Shown here: piece by piece, positions 60,088 through 64,000 of the stretch | How the letters are laid out: each line of letters begins with the position of its first letter | Position numbering within the stretch: position 1 is the first letter of the stretch | Origin: Deltaproteobacteria bacterium | GTDB lineage: Bacteria > JAGRBM01 > JAHCIT01 | Assembly (NCBI GenBank): GCA_026129095.1 | Contig: JAHCIT010000007.1 | Location: 62,001-126,000, forward strand | Reading direction: 5' to 3' | DNA length: 64,000 nucleotides | Notes under the pieces: model-generated | Told to the model about the DNA's origin: nothing | The model's input: the letters and a program-made list of their open reading frames with translations, nothing else | The model's database searches: none | Program-made: the position numbers and the translations under genes

Positions 60088-61320
60088 ATGAAGTTCGGCC
60101 TGATCTACGAGATGAACACCCCGCTCCCCCACTCCGCTGCACAGGATTACCGGGTTTACTGGGAGGCACTGGAGCAGATCTGTCTCGCCGAAGACGTAGG
60201 CTTCGACTACGCATGGGAAGTCGAGCATCACTTCCTTACCGAGTATTCCCACTCCTCTGCGCCTGAGGTGTTCTTGGGTGCGGTGACCCAGCGGACGAAA
60301 CGGATCCGCATCGGTTCCGGTATCGTCCAGCTTCCGCACCGGTTCAATCACCCTGCAAAGGTCGCCGAACGTGCTGCCGTGCTCGATATTCTCAGCAATG
60401 GCCGGTACGATCTTGGCACCGGCCGGTCGATTACCGAGGCAGAACTGGGCGGATTTGAAATCAATCCAGCCGACTCCAAGGCCCAGTGGGAGGAATTCGT
60501 TTCCCTCATCCCGAAAATGTGGAAATCCACCGCGGACAAGCCTTTCTCCTTCAAGGGGAAATACCTCGACATGCCGCCGAGACATGTCCTCCCCAAGCCG
60601 ATCCAGTCTCCGCATCCGCCGCTGTGGGTCGCGGCGACGCAGCCGATGACTTTCAGACAGGCCGGAGAACGCGGCCTTGGAGTTCTGTGTTTCGGTTTCA
60701 ATGCGGCGGTAGCCCTTGGCGAGCAGAGCAGCGTTTACTGGGAGGCGCTCAAGAACCCCACACTTCAGGTCGGCGACTTTATCAACCCGAACCTCGCCGC
60801 TTCAGTACCCCTCTACTGCCATTCTGACCGACGGCAGGCCCGAATGGCGGGGATCCCCGCGTCGGCCTATTTCGCCGTCAAGGCGCTCCAGCTCTTTTCG
60901 CCCTGGTATGGCAAGGAGATCCCCGGCTACGAGTACTATACCCAGATGGCGAACCGTGGACAGGCCGACTTCGGCGTGGGCCGCGACGGGAAACCGATGG
61001 ATATGGACCGGCTCGTCTCGGAAGGAACGCTCCTCGTCGGCACGCCGGACGAAATCGGTGATGCGATCGAGAAATACGAGAAAGCCGGAGTCACACAGAT
61101 GGTGTTTCTCGTCCAGATGGGTTCACTCCCCCACCGGGATATCCTGCGTTCGCTGGAGCTGTTTGGGAAGGAAGTCATTCCGCACTTCCGGGCCCGGGGC
61201 CACCAGATTCCCTACGGGTTCAGGGAGTTCCAGACAAGCGTTCCGGTTCCGACAAAGGAGTTTGGCGCGCAAGGACTGGATGACGTGCGCCCGGCCTCCG
61301 GCACGTCCAGTGCAGCCTAA
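60088..61320 (+). CDS. LLM-class (luciferase-like) flavin-dependent oxidoreductase
   Basis: VEHHF; LDILSNGR; PKPIQ.PHPPLW; VGTPD. Confidence 0.92.
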   Translation: MKFGLIYEMNTPLPHSAAQDYRVYWEALEQICLAEDVGFDYAWEVEHHFLTEYSHSSAPEVFLGAVTQRTKRIRIGSGIVQLPHRFNHPAKVAERAAVLDILSNGRYDLGTGRSITEAELGGFEINPADSKAQWEEFVSLIPKMWKSTADKPFSFKGKYLDMPPRHVLPKPIQSPHPPLWVAATQPMTFRQAGERGLGVLCFGFNAAVALGEQSSVYWEALKNPTLQVGDFINPNLAASVPLYCHSDRRQARMAGIPASAYFAVKALQLFSPWYGKEIPGYEYYTQMANRGQADFGVGRDGKPMDMDRLVSEGTLLVGTPDEIGDAIEKYEKAGVTQMVFLVQMGSLPHRDILRSLELFGKEVIPHFRARGHQIPYGFREFQTSVPVPTKEFGAQGLDDVRPASGTSSAA

Positions 61321-62372
61321 CGGTACCCAGGACGGCGCGAAGTCAGCGACGGCAGCACATGCCGTTCACTTGCTGGCGGCATCCGGTAGTTGGTGCCCGG
61401 TGGCCCTTCCTGATACCAATAGGCACATGAGCTGTAGTCGGCCGGGATGTTGTCGTAGACTCCGTGGTGAATGACGGCGCGAATGTTCTCCCTGAACGGA
61501 ATCGGATCAAGCCAGTGGTAGCGGTATGAAGCGGTCCGCCCGGTAAGGTAGCTCCGTCCAAGGCAGCCCCAGTCTGGCGAGGTGAACCGGCCATCCGCGA
61601 AATACCAGCCGGTATTGAAATACTCCTCATGCCCCGTGCCGGTATGACTGCTTTGATCAGAACCGTCGGTGAAAATCTCCTCCCATCCTTCCAGATGTCC
61701 GAGGCCGAAACCTCTCGGCAGCACGGCACCCAGAATGGGCGGCCTCAGCCACCAGTCACGATTCTGGGTGGAAAGATGCATCCCAGTATAAAATCCCCGG
61801 CCCCGGGCTTCGAGGAAGGGAAACGGCTCACCCTCGCGGCAGATCGGATCCCGCCGCCACTGGCAGGAAAACCGGAGCGGCGAAACCGCTTCCGGAGACA
61901 GTTCGTAATAACCAAGCCCATAAAAGAAGAGTGGAACCGGGAGTGAACCCTCCTGCGTGAGGGTCATGCGAAAACTTTTCCCGAACGGCATCGGAGCGCT
62001 ACAGACGATCCCCCCCGACACGATACTAAAGAGACGGGAACTGTACTGCCGGTAACGGCAGTGATGGATACCGAAAAAATCTCCGATCGGGGCTTCGACA
62101 GAAGGCTGTTCCGCTCCATCCCAGTATATTCTGAGGGCGATCTCACGGTAGAGCGCGGGCCGCCACCATGCCGGGAACCCTACAAATATCCGCGTCACGA
62201 TCCCCGCGCCTTCCACGGCAGCCGCTTCGTGGATTCTGCCCGGTTTCAGAATCACACACTTGCGCGACCAGTCGGCAAGGATGCCCGGAAGCTGTGGCAG
62301 CGGTCCCTTGTCGTAACTTGTGAGCTGAACGAACCGGCCACGAACGTCCATCGACGGATAAAGGTAATCCAT
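61317..62372 (-). CDS. DUF2961 (GH172-like) protein
   Basis: IYWDG...PSVEAPIGDFF; PMPF; GTGHEEYF; YRYH..DPIPF; AYWYQ. Confidence 0.85.
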   Translation of the reverse strand: MDYLYPSMDVRGRFVQLTSYDKGPLPQLPGILADWSRKCVILKPGRIHEAAAVEGAGIVTRIFVGFPAWWRPALYREIALRIYWDGAEQPSVEAPIGDFFGIHHCRYRQYSSRLFSIVSGGIVCSAPMPFGKSFRMTLTQEGSLPVPLFFYGLGYYELSPEAVSPLRFSCQWRRDPICREGEPFPFLEARGRGFYTGMHLSTQNRDWWLRPPILGAVLPRGFGLGHLEGWEEIFTDGSDQSSHTGTGHEEYFNTGWYFADGRFTSPDWGCLGRSYLTGRTASYRYHWLDPIPFRENIRAVIHHGVYDNIPADYSSCAYWYQEGPPGTNYRMPPASERHVLPSLTSRRPGYR

Positions 62373-62414
62373 TTTCTCATTAGACCGCAGGCAGGATTGC
62401 GGGGCAAGCAGGGA

Positions 62415-62990
62415 CTATTTCCGTTTCAGATAAGCCCGGCCCCTCGGGGAAAGGCCATAGCCGGTGCCAAGACTTTTGGTGAGTCCCAACTCCTTGAGCT
62501 TCCGCACATCAAGCTTGAACTTGTCCGCTTCCCCTCCGATCCGCGCCGCCAGTTCGACAGCCCGCACTCCCCGGTTTCTCCGGATGAGATCAAGGACACG
62601 GCGAGTCCAGGGGCCGTGGCGGCTGGCTGCGTCCAGACGGGCCAGTTTCCCGTCAATGACCTTCCGTTCGGCGGCCGTCATTGACGTACGCTTTCGAAGG
62701 GCGATACGCGGATCAGGGCCGGCCAGATGGAACCGGATGCGATAGATTTTTCCTTCGCGTCCTGCAGCCAGTTCCTGCCGCAGTTCATCCAGTGTTTTAT
62801 ATCCCGCCTGCTTCGCTTCGCGGTCCGTGATGGCCGCCAGCGCCATCAGATCCACAGCGAGAAACTCCAGCACACCAGCCGGAGTACGCTGCGTCCTGCC
62901 CGGGGTCACCGCTGGTTTTTCCCAGCGCCGGAAGGCGAGCGTCACCTGGCCTGTGGCGATGCCATCCAGGAACCTCTGCCGGAACAGCAC
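62415..62990 (-). CDS. ASCH/PUA-like domain plus winged HTH protein
   Basis: G.VTLAFRRW; A..AG; FKLDVRKLK.LGLT.SL..GY.LSPRG. Confidence 0.75.
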   Translation of the reverse strand: MLFRQRFLDGIATGQVTLAFRRWEKPAVTPGRTQRTPAGVLEFLAVDLMALAAITDREAKQAGYKTLDELRQELAAGREGKIYRIRFHLAGPDPRIALRKRTSMTAAERKVIDGKLARLDAASRHGPWTRRVLDLIRRNRGVRAVELAARIGGEADKFKLDVRKLKELGLTKSLGTGYGLSPRGRAYLKRK

Positions 62991-62993
62991 GGA

Positions 62994-63527
62994 CTACTCT
63001 GGCTTCCACTCCGTCACACTGAGACGTTCGAGGATAAAGAAGTTCGAGGGGATACAGATCGGGCCAACGCGGATATAGGCCTTGCCGATGAAGAGATCGG
63101 GGTTGGCCGGATCGGGCTGAATCATGTAGTCACGCAGCACCCACGGGTCGAACAGGCCGTTCCGCTTGTTGCTGCCATAGTTGAGCAGCGTCGAGTTCGG
63201 GTAATTGCGGTCGCGCTCACTTTCCCGCACGGGATAAACATCATAGAAGCCGAACCGCTTGGGCTCCGTCGTCTTGTATTCCCACGGACCCTCAAGGCCG
63301 TTCTGCCTTACCGGGATGTTGTACCCCTCGACCTGCCCCTCCCGGTTCCGAAACATCCCCTTGATGAACTTCTGGATGCCTAGAAGGCGTGCAAAAAGGG
63401 GCGTGTTGAATCCCCGGAATTCATAGCCGGCAAACTGTTCAGGCTGTGGCTGAACGCCTTTCAGGAAAATTGCCTCCAGTTCACTGTTCGATGATTGCGC
63501 CAGTCCGTTATAGGTAAGTCCCGCCAT
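62994..63527 (-). CDS. Hypothetical protein
   Basis: ATG at 63527; globular beta-rich sequence (GYEFRGFN, KF.KG, LRDY, GKAY). Confidence 0.65.
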   Translation of the reverse strand: MAGLTYNGLAQSSNSELEAIFLKGVQPQPEQFAGYEFRGFNTPLFARLLGIQKFIKGMFRNREGQVEGYNIPVRQNGLEGPWEYKTTEPKRFGFYDVYPVRESERDRNYPNSTLLNYGSNKRNGLFDPWVLRDYMIQPDPANPDLFIGKAYIRVGPICIPSNFFILERLSVTEWKPE

Positions 63528-63638
63528 TGCACTGTTTCCTTCCAGCCTAAGCCGCTGCTCGTTTCTAACGGATAGTGGTGGAAAGGGACAAGCCGCCCCT
63601 TTCCGCGTTCCCGCCGGAATGGTAATAGGAACCCCGGC

Positions 63639-64000
63639 ATGGAAGGCACCGGCGATATCCGCAAGATTACACTGAAGGCCAGCGGCATGGATTTCCCGGC
63701 GCTGGAGACAGGTTCGGGACCGCTCGTGCTGCTGCTCCACGGATTTCCCGATCATAACCGCACCTGGCGGCTCCAGATGCCTGCACTGGCGGCAGCGGGT
63801 TTCCGCGCCATTGCCCCTGTCATGCGGGGTTACTCCCCTTCCTGCCAGCCCAGAGACAACGATTACCACGTGATCCGCATGGCCGAGGATGTGCTCGGCT
63901 GGATGGACTGCCTTGGCGAGACCAAATGCCATCTCGTCGGACATGACTGGGGTGCCATCGTCACCTATGCGAGCGGCACCATCGCTCCTGACCGGTTCCA
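63639..64000 (+). CDS. Alpha/beta hydrolase (epoxide hydrolase-like), partial
   Basis: Not in the ORF track. Manual translation: GPLVLLLHGFPD...MRGY...VGHDWGA. Confidence 0.9.
   Translation, partial: MEGTGDIRKITLKASGMDFPALETGSGPLVLLLHGFPDHNRTWRLQMPALAAAGFRAIAPVMRGYSPSCQPRDNDYHVIRMAEDVLGWMDCLGETKCHLVGHDWGAIVTYASGTIAPDRF

Noticed and set aside
12450-62996. Genome-wide TAG recoding, suggested by several in-frame gene pairs across TAG
   Set aside because: TAG ends genes at their natural C-termini (porin terminal Phe, metH, iscA), and no suppressor or pyl genes are present.
51561-64000. Genomic island integrated at tRNA-Leu
   Set aside because: Accessory-looking genes follow the tRNA, but I saw no integrase, no repeat of the tRNA 3' end and no obvious compositional shift within the window.
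1-64000. CRISPR arrays, IS elements, prophage, rRNA
   Set aside because: No spaced repeats, transposase or phage genes, or rRNA-like sequence seen; nearly all the sequence is explained by CDSs.

Overview
GC-rich, gene-dense bacterial chromosomal segment. The gene content suggests a deltaproteobacterial (Myxococcota/Bdellovibrionota-like) Gram-negative organism; this is an inference. Housekeeping genes: partial coaBC, rlmN, an acyl-CoA carboxylase operon, aroF-rimI-pyrK-pyrD, htpX, moaC, metH, transaldolase, mnmG, iscR-S-U-A-hscB-hscA and tRNA-Leu(TAG). After the tRNA come a MacAB-type exporter and a TetR/LLM/SDR catabolic block. I saw no integrase, transposase, prophage or CRISPR array. The most unusual element is a minus-strand three-gene unit (4337-6608). 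It encodes a radical SAM/SPASM enzyme with a non-canonical CX5CX2C motif, fused to a TM plus coiled-coil module, followed by two tandem paralogous small proteins made only of that module. Also notable: a ClpX variant lacking the zinc-binding domain next to a sensor-less REC-kinase/CheB cluster, a probable cryptic SDR, and a recurring intergenic AATTACAG-N4-TTR motif. All calls come from reading motifs by eye; no database searches were run.
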